From: Acidobacteriota bacterium
Lineage (GTDB): Bacteria > Acidobacteriota > CAIWXX01
Direction of reading: 5' to 3'
Length of the DNA: 64,000 bases
Assembly: GCA_040755995.1 (NCBI GenBank)
Contig: JBFMAF010000037.1
Location: forward strand, 160,001-224,000
Part shown: positions 44,737-55,564 of the stretch, in pieces
How positions within the stretch are numbered: position 1 is the stretch's first letter
How the letters are laid out: each line of letters opens with the position of its first letter
Translations under genes and position numbers: made by a program
The notes under the pieces: model-generated
Seen by the model: only the letters and a program-made list of their open reading frames with translations
Told to the model about the DNA's origin: nothing
The model's database searches: none

Positions 44737-47256
44737 CTACGACCGCGACGCGCGCAGCACCTGCGCCAGGAAGCGGCCGGTGGCGGATGTCACGGCTCGC
44801 GCCACGGCCTCTGGCGTCCCCTCGGCGACGATCCATCCGCCTTCGTCGCCGCCCTCGGGCCCGAGGTCGATCACGTGGTCGGCGCACTTGATGACGTCCA
44901 TGTGATGTTCGATCACGATCACGGTGTTGCCGAGGTCGACGAGTCTGAGGAGAAGCTCGATGAGTCTCCTGACGTCCTCGAAATGCAGCCCTGTAGTGGG
45001 TTCGTCGAGGATGTAGAGCGTCTTGCCGGTGTCCTTGCGGCTGAGCTCCTTGGCGAGCTTGATGCGCTGGGCTTCGCCGCCTGAGAGGGTGACGGCGGAC
45101 TGGCCGAGCGTGATGTAGCCCAGACCGACTTCCTGGAGTGTGGCCAGCTTGCGCCGCATCGGGTGGATCGAGCCCAGGTAGCTCACTGCTTCGTCCACGG
45201 TCATCTCCAGGTAGTCGGCGATGCTCTTGCCGCGGAACCGCACTTCGAGAGTCTCGCGGTTGTACCGGCGGCCTCCGCAGAGATCGCACGTCACGTACAC
45301 GTCCGGCAGGAAATTCATCTCGATCTTCTTCTGGCCGTCGCCGCGGCACGCTTCGCATCGCCCGCCCTTGACGTTGAAGCTGAAGCGGCCGGGTGCGTAG
45401 CCGCGGATCTTGGACTCAGGGAGCATCGAGAAGAAGTTGCGGAGTATCGCAAAGAGCCCGGTGTAGGTTGCCGGGTTCGATCGTGGTGTGCGACCGATGG
45501 GGGACTGGTCGATCTCCACCACCTTGTCTATGTTCGAAGCTCCTTCGACAGACCGGTGCGCACCCGGAGCCTCCTTGGCGCGATACAGCTTGCGCGCCAG
45601 CACGCGATACAGAATCTCGTTCACCAGCGTGCTCTTGCCGGAGCCCGAGACACCTGTGACGGCGACGAAGAGGCCCAGCGGAAATCTGACGGTGATGTCT
45701 TTGAGGTTGTGTTCGGAGGCGTGGCGGACTGTGATGGCCCTGCCGTTGCCGCGCCTCCGTTCTGCCGGCACAGGGATGGTCTTCTCGCGTCGCAGATAGG
45801 CGCCGGTGAGAGAGTCCGCCTTCGCGGCGACTTCCGCCGGCGCTCCCTCGCAAATGAGATATCCGCCGCTGCGTCCTGCGCCCGGCCCCAGATCGATCAC
45901 CCAATCAGCGCTCCGGATGGTTTCCTCGTCATGCTCCACCACGATCACCGTGTTCCCTCGATCGCGGAGCTCGCAGAGCCACTCCAGCAGACTGCGGTTG
46001 TCTCGCTGGTGAAGGCCGATCGACGGCTCGTCCAGAACGTACAGGACGCCGGTCAGGTGGCTTCCAATCTGGCTGGCCAGCCGAATCCGCTGCGCCTCGC
46101 CGCCGGCAAGGCTTCGAGCGGGACGGTCGAGCGTCAGGTAGGACAGGCCCAGATGCAGCATGAACTCCATCCGCTCGCGGATCTCGCGGATCAGCCGGTC
46201 GCCGATCGCGTGCTGCCGCTCGTCGAGCTCCAGCCCGGCCAGCGTCCCGTGTGCTCTCTCTATCGGGGATCGGACGAGATCGTGTATGTTCATACCGCCC
46301 AGTGTGACGGCGAGCGACTCCGGCCGCAGCCTCCCGCCGTCGCACGCGGGGCACGGCCTTCTCGCCACGTGAGGTGTCGTGAGATCTTCCTCGTCATAGA
46401 GGACCGAGTGTTCGACTCCGAGTCCCCGGCAATTCGGGCACGCGCCGAACGGGCTGTTGAACGAGAAGTTGCGCGGGTGGAGCTCGGGGAGGCTGATACC
46501 GCAGTGCAGGCAGGCCATCCTGGTCGAGATGAGCTGCTCATCCTTGCCCGCGCGGATGAGGACCTGGCCCGCCGAGAGGCGCGCCGCGAGCTCGAGTGCC
46601 TCATCGACGCGCTGCGCGTTCTCCTTGCGCGCCGCCAGAGTGTCGAGCAGGAGATCGATATCGTGCTTGTGCCTCAAGCGCAAAGGCCCAGCGACACCCA
46701 GATCAACAATGCGCCCGTCGACGCGGGCGCGAACCAATCCCATTCGTGCCCAGGTCTGGAATTCTTTCTGAAAGGTGCCTTTCTTGCCGCGCGCCACCGG
46801 AGCGTAGATGGTGGTGGGCGTGCCTTCGGGCTGGGCCAGTATCCGCTCGCGGACCTTCGCGAGCGACTGCGAGCGAACCGCGCGTCGGCAGCGAGGGCAG
46901 TGCGACTGCCCGACCCGCGCGTACAGCAGGCGCAGGTAGTCGTAGATCTCGGTCACCGTCCCGACGGTCGACCTCGGGCTGTGTGAGATCGTCTTCTGGC
47001 TGATCGAAACGGTGGGGTAGAGGCCCTCGATAGAGTCCACATCCGGTTTCTCGAGCTGCTCCATGAACTGCCGCGCATACGACGAAAGGCTCTCGATGTA
47101 TCGCCGCTGCCCTTCTGCAAACAGAGTGTCGAACGCCAGCGATGACTTGCCGGACCCGGACAGCCCCGTAACTACGATCAGGCGGTGGTGAGGGATCGCC
47201 AGGCTGAGGTTCTTCAGGTTGTGTTGTCTGGCCCCTCTGACGACTATCTCATGCAT
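44737..47256 (-). CDS. uvrA: Excinuclease ABC subunit A (short form, 839 aa)
   Basis: RGARQHNLK, TGLSGSGKSSLAFDTLFAEGQRRYIES, GGEAQRIRLA, TGVSGSGKS, PIGRTPRSNPATY, LDEPTTGLH. Confidence 0.95.
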   Translation of the reverse strand: MHEIVVRGARQHNLKNLSLAIPHHRLIVVTGLSGSGKSSLAFDTLFAEGQRRYIESLSSYARQFMEQLEKPDVDSIEGLYPTVSISQKTISHSPRSTVGTVTEIYDYLRLLYARVGQSHCPRCRRAVRSQSLAKVRERILAQPEGTPTTIYAPVARGKKGTFQKEFQTWARMGLVRARVDGRIVDLGVAGPLRLRHKHDIDLLLDTLAARKENAQRVDEALELAARLSAGQVLIRAGKDEQLISTRMACLHCGISLPELHPRNFSFNSPFGACPNCRGLGVEHSVLYDEEDLTTPHVARRPCPACDGGRLRPESLAVTLGGMNIHDLVRSPIERAHGTLAGLELDERQHAIGDRLIREIRERMEFMLHLGLSYLTLDRPARSLAGGEAQRIRLASQIGSHLTGVLYVLDEPSIGLHQRDNRSLLEWLCELRDRGNTVIVVEHDEETIRSADWVIDLGPGAGRSGGYLICEGAPAEVAAKADSLTGAYLRREKTIPVPAERRRGNGRAITVRHASEHNLKDITVRFPLGLFVAVTGVSGSGKSTLVNEILYRVLARKLYRAKEAPGAHRSVEGASNIDKVVEIDQSPIGRTPRSNPATYTGLFAILRNFFSMLPESKIRGYAPGRFSFNVKGGRCEACRGDGQKKIEMNFLPDVYVTCDLCGGRRYNRETLEVRFRGKSIADYLEMTVDEAVSYLGSIHPMRRKLATLQEVGLGYITLGQSAVTLSGGEAQRIKLAKELSRKDTGKTLYILDEPTTGLHFEDVRRLIELLLRLVDLGNTVIVIEHHMDVIKCADHVIDLGPEGGDEGGWIVAEGTPEAVARAVTSATGRFLAQVLRASRS

Positions 47257-47384
47257 AGCGAAATCCCAAATTATATCAGACATGGGACCGAAGCTGGCGA
47301 AGCGAATGCTCCGCCCGACTGAGACTTCACGAATGCAAGGGCGGTACCGCCGGACTGCGGACCTACGGCCACCTTTGGCCAACA

Positions 47385-47413
47385 TTGACAGTCCCCGTTC
47401 CACGTGGTACATT
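47385..47413 (+). promoter_or_regulatory. Sigma70-type promoter
   Basis: TTGACA, 17 bp spacer, TACATT with extended TGn; 22 nt before ATG 47436. Confidence 0.7.
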
Positions 47414-47435
47414 CCAGTTGCTTTCTTGGAGAACC

Positions 47436-47819
47436 ATGAGTCAACCATTGACACTCACGCAGTTTTGTTTGCTGATTCTGGTGATTGCGGCTGTGGTTGT
47501 TGTGCACCAGATCGTGCTGACCCTGGGGCAGTTCCGCCGTACGCTTTCGAAGACCGACGAGGTGCTTGGTGACCTGCGCGGAACATTGGTGGAGCTCCGG
47601 CAGATCATCGGCATCGTGAAGGCTCGAGCCCAGGCTCTTTCGGCGACTCTCGAAGGATTCGAGCGGACGGCGGCCAAGCTCTCCGCCACGCTGGAACAGG
47701 TGGCGACCTACATCTTGAAACCCTTTCTTATCATCAGCAGTTTGCTCGGAGGGGTGAAGACCGCTCTGGGCTTGTTCAGAAGGTCAAGAAAAGAAGGAGA
47801 CGAACATGTCCGAGAATAG
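47436..47819 (+). CDS. DUF948/YoxC-like membrane coiled-coil protein
   Basis: N-terminal TM followed by a coiled coil; overlaps the downstream YtxH-like gene, a common pairing. Confidence 0.65.
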   Translation: MSQPLTLTQFCLLILVIAAVVVVHQIVLTLGQFRRTLSKTDEVLGDLRGTLVELRQIIGIVKARAQALSATLEGFERTAAKLSATLEQVATYILKPFLIISSLLGGVKTALGLFRRSRKEGDEHVRE

Positions 47820-48132
47820 GGAATCAAACGCGCTGGAAGTGACGTTGGCGTTCTTGCTGGGAGGAGTGATTGGAGCGGGCCTGGCGCTGCTCTTCGCCCC
47901 AGCCACGGGGGCCGAGACGCGCAAGAGAATCCGCGAAACCGGAGATCGATACCGCACCAGGATCCGTGAGGGTGCCGAGGAGTTGCGCGGGACCGTGTCC
48001 GAGTCGTATGGGAAGGTCAGGGAGGGTGTCAAGACGTTCGTCGATGACACCAAGACCAGGGGCAAGGCCGCTGTGTCTGCGGCCAAGGAGGCCTGGAAGG
48101 AGCCGCCGGAGGGGGAGGGCGCCGGGAGCTAG
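47806..48132 (+). CDS. YtxH-domain protein
   Basis: FLLGGVIGAGLALLFAPATGAETRKRI. Confidence 0.85.
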   Translation: MSENRESNALEVTLAFLLGGVIGAGLALLFAPATGAETRKRIRETGDRYRTRIREGAEELRGTVSESYGKVREGVKTFVDDTKTRGKAAVSAAKEAWKEPPEGEGAGS

Positions 48133-48153
48133 CCCCTCCACCCGTTCGTTGAT

Positions 48154-48177
48154 CGACCCCGGCGCAGGCCGGGGTCG
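48154..48177. terminator. GC-rich hairpin after ytxH
   Basis: CGACCCCGGC-GCAG-GCCGGGGTCG, 10-bp stem; no adjacent U-tract. Confidence 0.4.
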
Positions 48178-48327
48178 CGGCCGAGGTTTTCACACATGGG
48201 AGCGGAGTGGGGAAACCGGGGAGGCCCGGCCCAAAGACACCCCGGGCGTCAAGCCCACGACTGGGCCGCCGTGGGTCCGATTCGGGTCTGTGCCACCCTG
48301 CGTGTGCGGGCCACCCGGGGATAGGCC

Positions 48328-49545
48328 ATGAAGGACTGCCTGGCCGTGCTTCTGGCGGGTGGGGCGGGAGAGCGCCTGTTTCCGCTCACGAAGAACCGTG
48401 CCAAGCCTGCGGTCTATTTTGGCGGCGTCTACCGGATCGTCGACTTCACGTTGTCGAACTGCATCAACAGCGACCTGCGAATGGTCTTCATACTCACGCA
48501 ATACAAGTCGCTTTCGCTGGAGCGCCACTTGCGGCTGGGATGGAGCTTGATGGCTGCGGAGCTCGGCGAGTTCATCGACGTGCTTTCGCCTCAGAAGCGC
48601 GTCAGCGAAAACTGGTACCTCGGGACGGCCGACGCCGTATATCAGAACCTCTACTCGATCCGCGGGGTGAATCCCAAGTACGTTTTCGTACTGTCGGGAG
48701 ACCACATCTACAAGATGGACTACTCGCTGATGCTCCAGTATCACCGCCGGACCCGTGCGGACGTGACGATTGCGGCCATCGAGTATCCGCTGTCGGTGGC
48801 GAGCCGGTTCGGAATCCTGAGGGTCGATTCGTCGTTCCAGGTCGTGGACTTCATGGAGAAGCCGGCGGATCCACCGCCAATGTCGCCTGGTTCGAATCTG
48901 GCTCTCGTGAACATGGGCGTATATCTCTTCAACCGTGACGTGCTTCTCAATACGCTCAGCCAGGATGCCGGCAACGCCGAGAGCACGCACGATTTCGGCC
49001 ACGACGTCTTTCCCGGCATGGTCGGCCGCTACAAGATCGTGGCATACAACTTCAAGGACGAGAACAAGAAGCAGGCCAAGTACTGGAGGGACATAGGGAC
49101 GATCGACGCCTACTACGAGGCCAACATGGATCTGGTTTCGGTGGACCCGGTCTTCAACCTGTACGATCCAGCCTGGCCGCTCCACACGTACCAGTGGCAG
49201 TACCCGCCGGCCAAGTTCGTCTTCGCCGACGAAGGCATACGAATGGGCGCGGCCCTGGATTCAATCGTGTCGATGGGCTGCATCATCAGCGGTGGAAAAG
49301 TCGTCAACAGCGTGCTCTGCCCGAACGTGCGAGTGAACAGCTACAGCCTGGTCGAGACGTCGATCCTCATGCGCAACGTAAGGATCGGCCGCTACGCGAA
49401 GATCCGCAATGCGATCATAGATACAGGGGTGCAGATCCCCGAAGGGACGCGAATCGGTTACGACCTCGACGCTGACCGCGAGCGTTACATGGTAACCCCA
49501 GGAGGCATCACCGTGGTTGCCTCGCCGGAATTGCCCGTGGAGTGA
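48328..49545 (+). CDS. glgC: Glucose-1-phosphate adenylyltransferase
   Basis: LAGGAGERLFPLTKNRAKPAV, WYLGTADAVYQN, LSGDHIYKMDY, DFGHD, YWRDIGT. Confidence 0.95.
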   Translation: MKDCLAVLLAGGAGERLFPLTKNRAKPAVYFGGVYRIVDFTLSNCINSDLRMVFILTQYKSLSLERHLRLGWSLMAAELGEFIDVLSPQKRVSENWYLGTADAVYQNLYSIRGVNPKYVFVLSGDHIYKMDYSLMLQYHRRTRADVTIAAIEYPLSVASRFGILRVDSSFQVVDFMEKPADPPPMSPGSNLALVNMGVYLFNRDVLLNTLSQDAGNAESTHDFGHDVFPGMVGRYKIVAYNFKDENKKQAKYWRDIGTIDAYYEANMDLVSVDPVFNLYDPAWPLHTYQWQYPPAKFVFADEGIRMGAALDSIVSMGCIISGGKVVNSVLCPNVRVNSYSLVETSILMRNVRIGRYAKIRNAIIDTGVQIPEGTRIGYDLDADRERYMVTPGGITVVASPELPVE

Positions 49546-49664
49546 TCAATCACGAATGCCTGGCGCGAAAGAGACTGTAGCGATCGAGCCGGAGTGCGTG
49601 CCCGTGAGGCGCGGCCGGAGCGGCCTCGCATGATTCATCGGCCAGAGGCCCCGCCTCGCTGAAG

Positions 49665-51656
49665 ATGGACCCCCTGGATCAGCAGAAGGACCCGACCCCG
49701 CCTCTTCGCACCCCGCCGGTCATCGTCGGCAGCGAAGAGACCACACACGAGACGACCGCCACATGGCCGCGGCCGACGCTGAGACGCCCGCTGCAGGCGC
49801 TGCGTCTGAGCCTGACGGCCCGGCTGGTCGTCGCCGCTCTCCTGAGCGGACTCGCCGTCATGGCGCTCGTCTCGCTCGTGCCTTTGCATCGCGAGAGGGT
49901 GGTTCTTTTGGAGCAGTACAGCAGGCGAGCAACTTCGCTCGCGACGGTGGCGGCCTGGAGCGCCGGGGAGGCCCTGTCCGTCAACGACCTGACGTCCTTG
50001 CAGGCCCTCGTCGGGCACCTCAAGAACGAAGCTGACGTGGTGTATGCTCTGGTGCTCGGCCGGGACGAGAAACCGATCGCGTGGAGCGACCCGGCGGTGC
50101 TGGGCGGCAGGCTTCCGGCGGCGGAACCGCGGCCGGGCCTCGGGGTGTCGGGGTCAGAGATCAGGATGATCCAGTACCAGCCAGGCGGCGCGTCGGCGCC
50201 GGCTCCGGTCCTCGACATCAGCGTCACCGTACCGCCCGGTGACCAGCTGCCTGTGTCTTACGGTACGCTCAGGATCGGACTCTCGCTCGAGGGCATGAAC
50301 AGGGAGCTGTCCAAGACGCGGTTGATATTGCTGGCACAGGCCGAGCTTGCGGTAGGCCTGTGCGCCCTCGTCGCCTTTCTCGTGGCCAGAGGGATCACGA
50401 CACCCATTCGGCGGCTGGTCACCGCGGCCATGCGGGCCGCCAAGGGTGATCTGGCCGCGAGGATACGCATACAGCGAAAGGACGAGATCGGGGAGCTTGC
50501 GCGCAGTTTCAACTACATGGTGGAACAGATCAGGACCAATCAGAGGAAGATCGAGGAGCTGAACCGAAACCTCGAGCGGAAGGTCAAGATCCGCACCAAG
50601 GAGCTCGAGGACAGCAACCGCGCCTTGAAGAAGGCCTTCCTGGAGCTGAAGCACGCCGAGTCGCAGATCATCCATTCGGAAAAGATGGCCTCGCTCGGGC
50701 AGGTCGTGGCCGGTGTGGCCCACGAGATCAACACACCGACATCCGCCATCAATGCCGCCGCCGACAACATGCGTTACCACATGGAATGCGTGGGCCCGCA
50801 GCTCCAGGCGCTCTACGCCCTGCATCTGGACTCCGGCGCGATGCAGGTCCTGCACAGGGTCTTCGACAGGATCACACGAGTCGAAGGCGGCGGGCCGCAC
50901 GTCAGCTCGGGGGACCTCCGCATCCGCAGCCGCGCCATAGAGGAGTCGCTGGAAGCCCAGGGGCTGGATGACCAGCGCGACCTCGCCTATGCACTCGCGC
51001 GGCTCGACCTCGGTCAGGAGTTGGACGAGCTGCTGAGGCAGCTCGGCCGGGACCGTCTCGACGTGGTCGTGCCATTCCTGCGCAGCATCGCCGTGATGTC
51101 GAGCTCGATCCTCGACCTCAGGACCAGCGTGAATGCGATCATGCGCCTGGTGAAAGCCCTAAAGACGTACTCACACCTCGACCAGGCCGAGGTGACGGAT
51201 GTCAACATCCACGACGGCCTGGAGACCACGCTCACCATCCTGCACAACCAGCTGCGCTACGGGATCACGGTCGAACGGAACTACGGCAGTGTTCCCTTCA
51301 TCCGTGGAAACCCATCGGAGCTGAATCAGATATGGACAAATATCCTCGTTAATGCTATTCAAGCAATGAAAGGCAACGGCAAGATCACGATCGAGACCGG
51401 CACGAGGGACGGGTGGGTTTTCGCAAGAATCACGGACGACGGACCGGGCATACCATCCAGTATCCTGGGGCGGGTTTTCGATCCTTTCTTCACCACCAAG
51501 GCCCAGGGAGAAGGCACTGGGCTCGGGCTGTCGATCTGCCAGCAGCTTGCCATGCGCAACCGCGGCCGGATCTCAGTGCGGTCACATCCGGGGCAAACCT
51601 GTTTCGAGGTGATGTTCCCGACAGGTGTGGAGCGGGGGGCGAATGCCGAGACGTGA
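49665..51656 (+). CDS. Membrane HAMP-domain sensor histidine kinase
   Basis: Two TMs, HAMP (DEIGELARSFN), EKMASLGQVVAGVAHEINTP, NILVNAIQA, DDGPGI, FFTTK, GTGLGL. Confidence 0.92.
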   Translation: MDPLDQQKDPTPPLRTPPVIVGSEETTHETTATWPRPTLRRPLQALRLSLTARLVVAALLSGLAVMALVSLVPLHRERVVLLEQYSRRATSLATVAAWSAGEALSVNDLTSLQALVGHLKNEADVVYALVLGRDEKPIAWSDPAVLGGRLPAAEPRPGLGVSGSEIRMIQYQPGGASAPAPVLDISVTVPPGDQLPVSYGTLRIGLSLEGMNRELSKTRLILLAQAELAVGLCALVAFLVARGITTPIRRLVTAAMRAAKGDLAARIRIQRKDEIGELARSFNYMVEQIRTNQRKIEELNRNLERKVKIRTKELEDSNRALKKAFLELKHAESQIIHSEKMASLGQVVAGVAHEINTPTSAINAAADNMRYHMECVGPQLQALYALHLDSGAMQVLHRVFDRITRVEGGGPHVSSGDLRIRSRAIEESLEAQGLDDQRDLAYALARLDLGQELDELLRQLGRDRLDVVVPFLRSIAVMSSSILDLRTSVNAIMRLVKALKTYSHLDQAEVTDVNIHDGLETTLTILHNQLRYGITVERNYGSVPFIRGNPSELNQIWTNILVNAIQAMKGNGKITIETGTRDGWVFARITDDGPGIPSSILGRVFDPFFTTKAQGEGTGLGLSICQQLAMRNRGRISVRSHPGQTCFEVMFPTGVERGANAET

Positions 51657-53322
51657 CGGTGTGAAGGCCGAGCGGACCACGCAGGCCCGTGTGCCTCCTC
51701 CAAGGCGGCTCACGCGATACATTCTCTGCGTCGATGACGAACAGGCAGTGCTGAACCAGCTCATCCACCAGCTCACTCGCAAGTTCGGCAGGACGCACAG
51801 GATCGAGGGAGCGGAGAGCGCCGAGGAGGCGCTGCGACTCATCGAGGAGCTCCATCGGGAAGGGGGCCGCGTCGAGCTGGTCATATGCGACCAGATCATG
51901 CCGGGCATGCGGGGCGATCACTTCCTCGAGGTGGTCAATCGCGCACATCCGGACATCATCAAGATCCTCCTGACAGGCCACGCAGGGCTTGACTCCGCTA
52001 TATACGCCATCAACCACGCCGGCCTGAACAAGTACATCGAGAAACCGTGGGAGATCGAAGACCTCAACCTGACCATCCAGAATCTGCTGATTCAGTACGC
52101 ACTCGGCCAGGAGGTCCGTGACCACCATCGGGAGCTGGAGCAGAAGAATGCCAGCCTCCATCTTCTGCAGGACCTTGGATTGCGGCTCGCGGGCCTCCAT
52201 CAAGTGGACGACGCCATGCCGGTCGTCGTCGAGTACGCTCGCAAACTCGCCTCCTGGGCCAATGTCGCTCTCTTCCTCTCCGGAAGGACCCGTCGCACGA
52301 ACGTGGATGTGTGGAGTTTCTCGCCGGAGTTCGACCTGGATGACGCTGCACGCCGCGCCATTGCAGCCGCAGCGCTCGCGCGGTGCGCGCCGCCTCATCA
52401 GAGCTACCTCGAAATGGAGCTGCCGGGGAGCCCGCCTGCTCACCCTGGCGGACACTCGGCCCAGCCCCCGCCGACACAATTCGCGCTCTTCCCCCTCCGC
52501 ACGAAAGAACGCACGTACGGTGCGTTGATATGCGCCCATTCGCACGACGACCCGATTGCCACCTCCGATGCGGAGCTGTTGAACATCCTCACCAGCCATG
52601 TGTCGATGACCGTCGAAAACCGCCTGCTCATCGAACAACGCATACTGTCGGAGAAGCTGGCCGCCATCGGCCACATGGTCTCGGCCATCACCCACGACTA
52701 CCGCACTCCGATGACCGTCATCCGTGGATACGCCGAGCTTCTGGAAGCGGATGACCTCCCGCCTGCAGACCGCAGGAAGCTGGGGTCGCGAATCGGCGCC
52801 GAGGTCGAACGTATGCAGCACATGATCGAAGAGCTGCTGGACTTTGTACGAGGGGCCAAAGGAGAGCCCAAGCTCGCGCCCTGCCTGCTCCGAAATCTGT
52901 TCGAGACCCTGCAATCGGAGTTCGGCGCAGATCTCGCGGCGGGTGGTATCACGCTCGAATACCGCTTCGCCGACACCGGCATGGTCCTCGCCGACTGTGA
53001 CAGGCTCAAGCGCGCCTTCGCGAACCTCATCAGGAACTCGATCGACGCCATGCCTGACGGGGGCATCATCCGCGTGAATCTCGAGCTCGACGGCGACAGC
53101 TACAACCTACGGATAGCTGACAACGGAGTCGGCATCCCAAAGGAGAACCTGAGTCGTGTGTTCGAGCCCTACTTCAGCAGCGGAAAGCGCCACGGCCTCG
53201 GCCTCGGCACCAGCATAGCCCGAAACATAATCGAAGAACACGGCGGATCGATCACGGCATGGAGCGAGCCTGGAACTGGAACCACCTTCACGATCTTGTT
53301 GCCGCGGGCGCAACCCACTTGA
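51643..53322 (+). CDS. Hybrid receiver-GAF-histidine kinase
   Basis: [21 protein letters not shown] receiver motifs; GAF-like middle; THDYRTP, NLIRNS, DNGVGI, GLGLG. Confidence 0.9.
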   Translation: MPRRDGVKAERTTQARVPPPRRLTRYILCVDDEQAVLNQLIHQLTRKFGRTHRIEGAESAEEALRLIEELHREGGRVELVICDQIMPGMRGDHFLEVVNRAHPDIIKILLTGHAGLDSAIYAINHAGLNKYIEKPWEIEDLNLTIQNLLIQYALGQEVRDHHRELEQKNASLHLLQDLGLRLAGLHQVDDAMPVVVEYARKLASWANVALFLSGRTRRTNVDVWSFSPEFDLDDAARRAIAAAALARCAPPHQSYLEMELPGSPPAHPGGHSAQPPPTQFALFPLRTKERTYGALICAHSHDDPIATSDAELLNILTSHVSMTVENRLLIEQRILSEKLAAIGHMVSAITHDYRTPMTVIRGYAELLEADDLPPADRRKLGSRIGAEVERMQHMIEELLDFVRGAKGEPKLAPCLLRNLFETLQSEFGADLAAGGITLEYRFADTGMVLADCDRLKRAFANLIRNSIDAMPDGGIIRVNLELDGDSYNLRIADNGVGIPKENLSRVFEPYFSSGKRHGLGLGTSIARNIIEEHGGSITAWSEPGTGTTFTILLPRAQPT

Positions 53323-53380
53323 TATTTCAGATTGCAGATTGCAGACGGCCCTGGGCTGCTGCGATCGAAGGAGTTGCTTC

Positions 53381-54634
53381 ATGACTACATACCCGGATGC
53401 ACTACTTGACGATCAGGAACGCCGGCTGCGCGACGAGGTGCGCGACTTCGTCAGCTGGGTGCCGAAGCAGCTCATTCTCGACATGGACGCGGACAAGGTC
53501 CGCTTCCCCAGGGAATACCTGGAGGAAGCAGGCCGGCGCCGGTTGCTGGGCCTGCGGTTCTCCCCGGACTACGGCGGACGCGGACTGCCGTGGGGCAGCG
53601 AGATGATCGCCCTCGAGGAGATCGGAGTCCTCGGCACATCGCTCGCCTGCCTCTACTCGCTGGTCAGCATAGTAGGGGAGGCCGTCCATGTCTTCGGCAC
53701 GGAGGATCAGAAGCGGAAATACCTTGCGCCAATGGTTGCCGGAAAGCTCGGGCCCGCCGAGGCGCTGACGGAGCCACGAGGCGGCTCAGACTTCTTCGGC
53801 GCAGTCACCAAAGCCGTCCGCGACGGCCAGGAGTTCATTCTCAACGGCCAGAAGCGGTTCATCGTGGGCGCGGAAGGTGCCGACGTGTTCTTGGTCTACG
53901 CCAAGACCGATGCCACGGCCTCCCCCAGGAGGGCCATGACGGCGTTCCTTGTGGACAGGTCCGACCGCATCGCCGTCGAACACGTCTACGGCCTGATGGG
54001 GACGCGGGGCGGCGGCACCGGCCGGGTGCGGTTCCGCGATGCGCGCGTGCCCGGTGCGAATGTGCTGGGCGGCGAACCGGGCGTCGGGCGTGGCGCCGAG
54101 GTTTTCGACCAGATGATGATCCCCGAGCGCATGACGTCCGCCTGCGGCGCGTTGGGCATGGCGCGCGCCGCGCTGGAAGTGGCCGCCCGCTACGCGGCAA
54201 AGCGCAAGGCTTTCGGCCAGGAGATCCGCAAGTACGAGGCGGTGAGCTTCAAGATCGCCGACAGCCTCACCCAACTCGACGCCGCGCGCGGCCTCTGCCG
54301 CGAAACCTGCCGCGCGATCGACGGCAAGGTCGACCCAGGCCGCGTCCGCCGCATGGTCTCCGAGTCGAAGAAGTTCGCCACGGACATGGCGTGGAACGTG
54401 GTCAACGCGTCCATGCAGATCCTGGGCGGCATCGGCTACACGAATGTCTTCCCGGTCGAACGGCTGCTGCGCGACACCCGCCTGATCATGATCTGGACCG
54501 GCACCAACGAGATCATGGATCTGGTCATCCAGCACGAGTTTTACAAGGAGTTCGCCGGCGCAACGTCGAGCTGGCGCGACATCGAGCGCGACGCCGAAGG
54601 CGCCGATCTGCCGGAAGAGAAGGTGTACGAGTAG
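53381..54634 (+). CDS. Acyl-CoA dehydrogenase
   Basis: [49 protein letters not shown]. Confidence 0.92.
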   Translation: MTTYPDALLDDQERRLRDEVRDFVSWVPKQLILDMDADKVRFPREYLEEAGRRRLLGLRFSPDYGGRGLPWGSEMIALEEIGVLGTSLACLYSLVSIVGEAVHVFGTEDQKRKYLAPMVAGKLGPAEALTEPRGGSDFFGAVTKAVRDGQEFILNGQKRFIVGAEGADVFLVYAKTDATASPRRAMTAFLVDRSDRIAVEHVYGLMGTRGGGTGRVRFRDARVPGANVLGGEPGVGRGAEVFDQMMIPERMTSACGALGMARAALEVAARYAAKRKAFGQEIRKYEAVSFKIADSLTQLDAARGLCRETCRAIDGKVDPGRVRRMVSESKKFATDMAWNVVNASMQILGGIGYTNVFPVERLLRDTRLIMIWTGTNEIMDLVIQHEFYKEFAGATSSWRDIERDAEGADLPEEKVYE

Positions 54635-54819
54635 TGACGCAGTGAGGCGGAGAGGAGGAGCCGCGGAGACGAGACGCAGAGACGCGGAGAGATGGGTGAT
54701 GACGCTGTCGATCTACAAAATGATGGCAACGAGTGGAGCCAGGTCTTCACTCTTGATTGCGGCGGCTGCGGGAGGCCCGAGGTCGCGGTCGGGCCTATGT
54801 TGGCTCCGACGACGCCCGC

Positions 54820-55305
54820 TCAGGCTTCGCCGGCGAGCTTGAGGACGGCGGCGCGAGTGTGGGGTGCGAGGCGGAATCGGAGATCGTGGAGGCGATCCAG
54901 AAGCGGCTTCACTTCCTCGATCAGGCCTGCTTCCTTGGCATCGAGCAGCACTCCGAGCGTGCCCTTCAGTGGCAGTCGGTGTGAGGTCGCCAACTCCCGC
55001 GCGAGGGCATCGTCGAGCACGACGACGGCGCCCCGGGTTTCGAGCCCGAGCATCAGGACCTCGGCTTCGCCCGGGCCCAAGTCTGTCAGCAGCGGGAGAG
55101 CCTTCTCCGACACCGGTCGCCGGATGGTCACCCACTCGATCGCGGCGAGATCCGGCAGGCTCACACCAAGGCCTCTGCCGACTGCCAGCTCATCCACGAC
55201 TGCAGGCGGGACTACGATGGAACCGCAGAGTTGCTTGAGCAGATCCAGGAGGCCGAGCTGGTACAGGTACTGGATGGGAGACGTGTTGCAGATCGTCTCA
55301 GCCAA
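54820..55305 (-). CDS. DUF3368 PIN-like protein (putative toxin)
   Basis: ICNTSPI, VPPAVVDEL, LGPGEAEV, VLDDALAR, GTLGVL. Confidence 0.85.
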   Translation of the reverse strand: MAETICNTSPIQYLYQLGLLDLLKQLCGSIVVPPAVVDELAVGRGLGVSLPDLAAIEWVTIRRPVSEKALPLLTDLGPGEAEVLMLGLETRGAVVVLDDALARELATSHRLPLKGTLGVLLDAKEAGLIEEVKPLLDRLHDLRFRLAPHTRAAVLKLAGEA

Positions 55306-55549
55306 GCCGTGCCTCGGCCTTCAGATCATCCTCAGTGAGCTGGAACGTATCGACGCCGTAGTCGGCGAGTTTCGAGAGAAACACGGTTCGAGGCATCCCC
55401 GCCAACTTGGCAGCCGCGCCCGATGACATTCTTCCCAGCTCGAACAGCTTCACAGCCGCAGCCATTCTCAGCTCAGAAGCGGCATCGCTTGGGGGCAGAC
55501 GCAACGCTAGCAACGTCTCTTCTGGAACCTCGATCGTGATCCGGCACAT
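55298..55549 (-). CDS. UPF0175 family protein (putative antitoxin)
   Basis: AAVKLFELGRMSSGAAAKLAGMPR..FL..L; overlaps the DUF3368 start. Confidence 0.85.
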   Translation of the reverse strand: MCRITIEVPEETLLALRLPPSDAASELRMAAAVKLFELGRMSSGAAAKLAGMPRTVFLSKLADYGVDTFQLTEDDLKAEARLG

Positions 55550-55564
55550 GGTGGCCCTCCTTCT

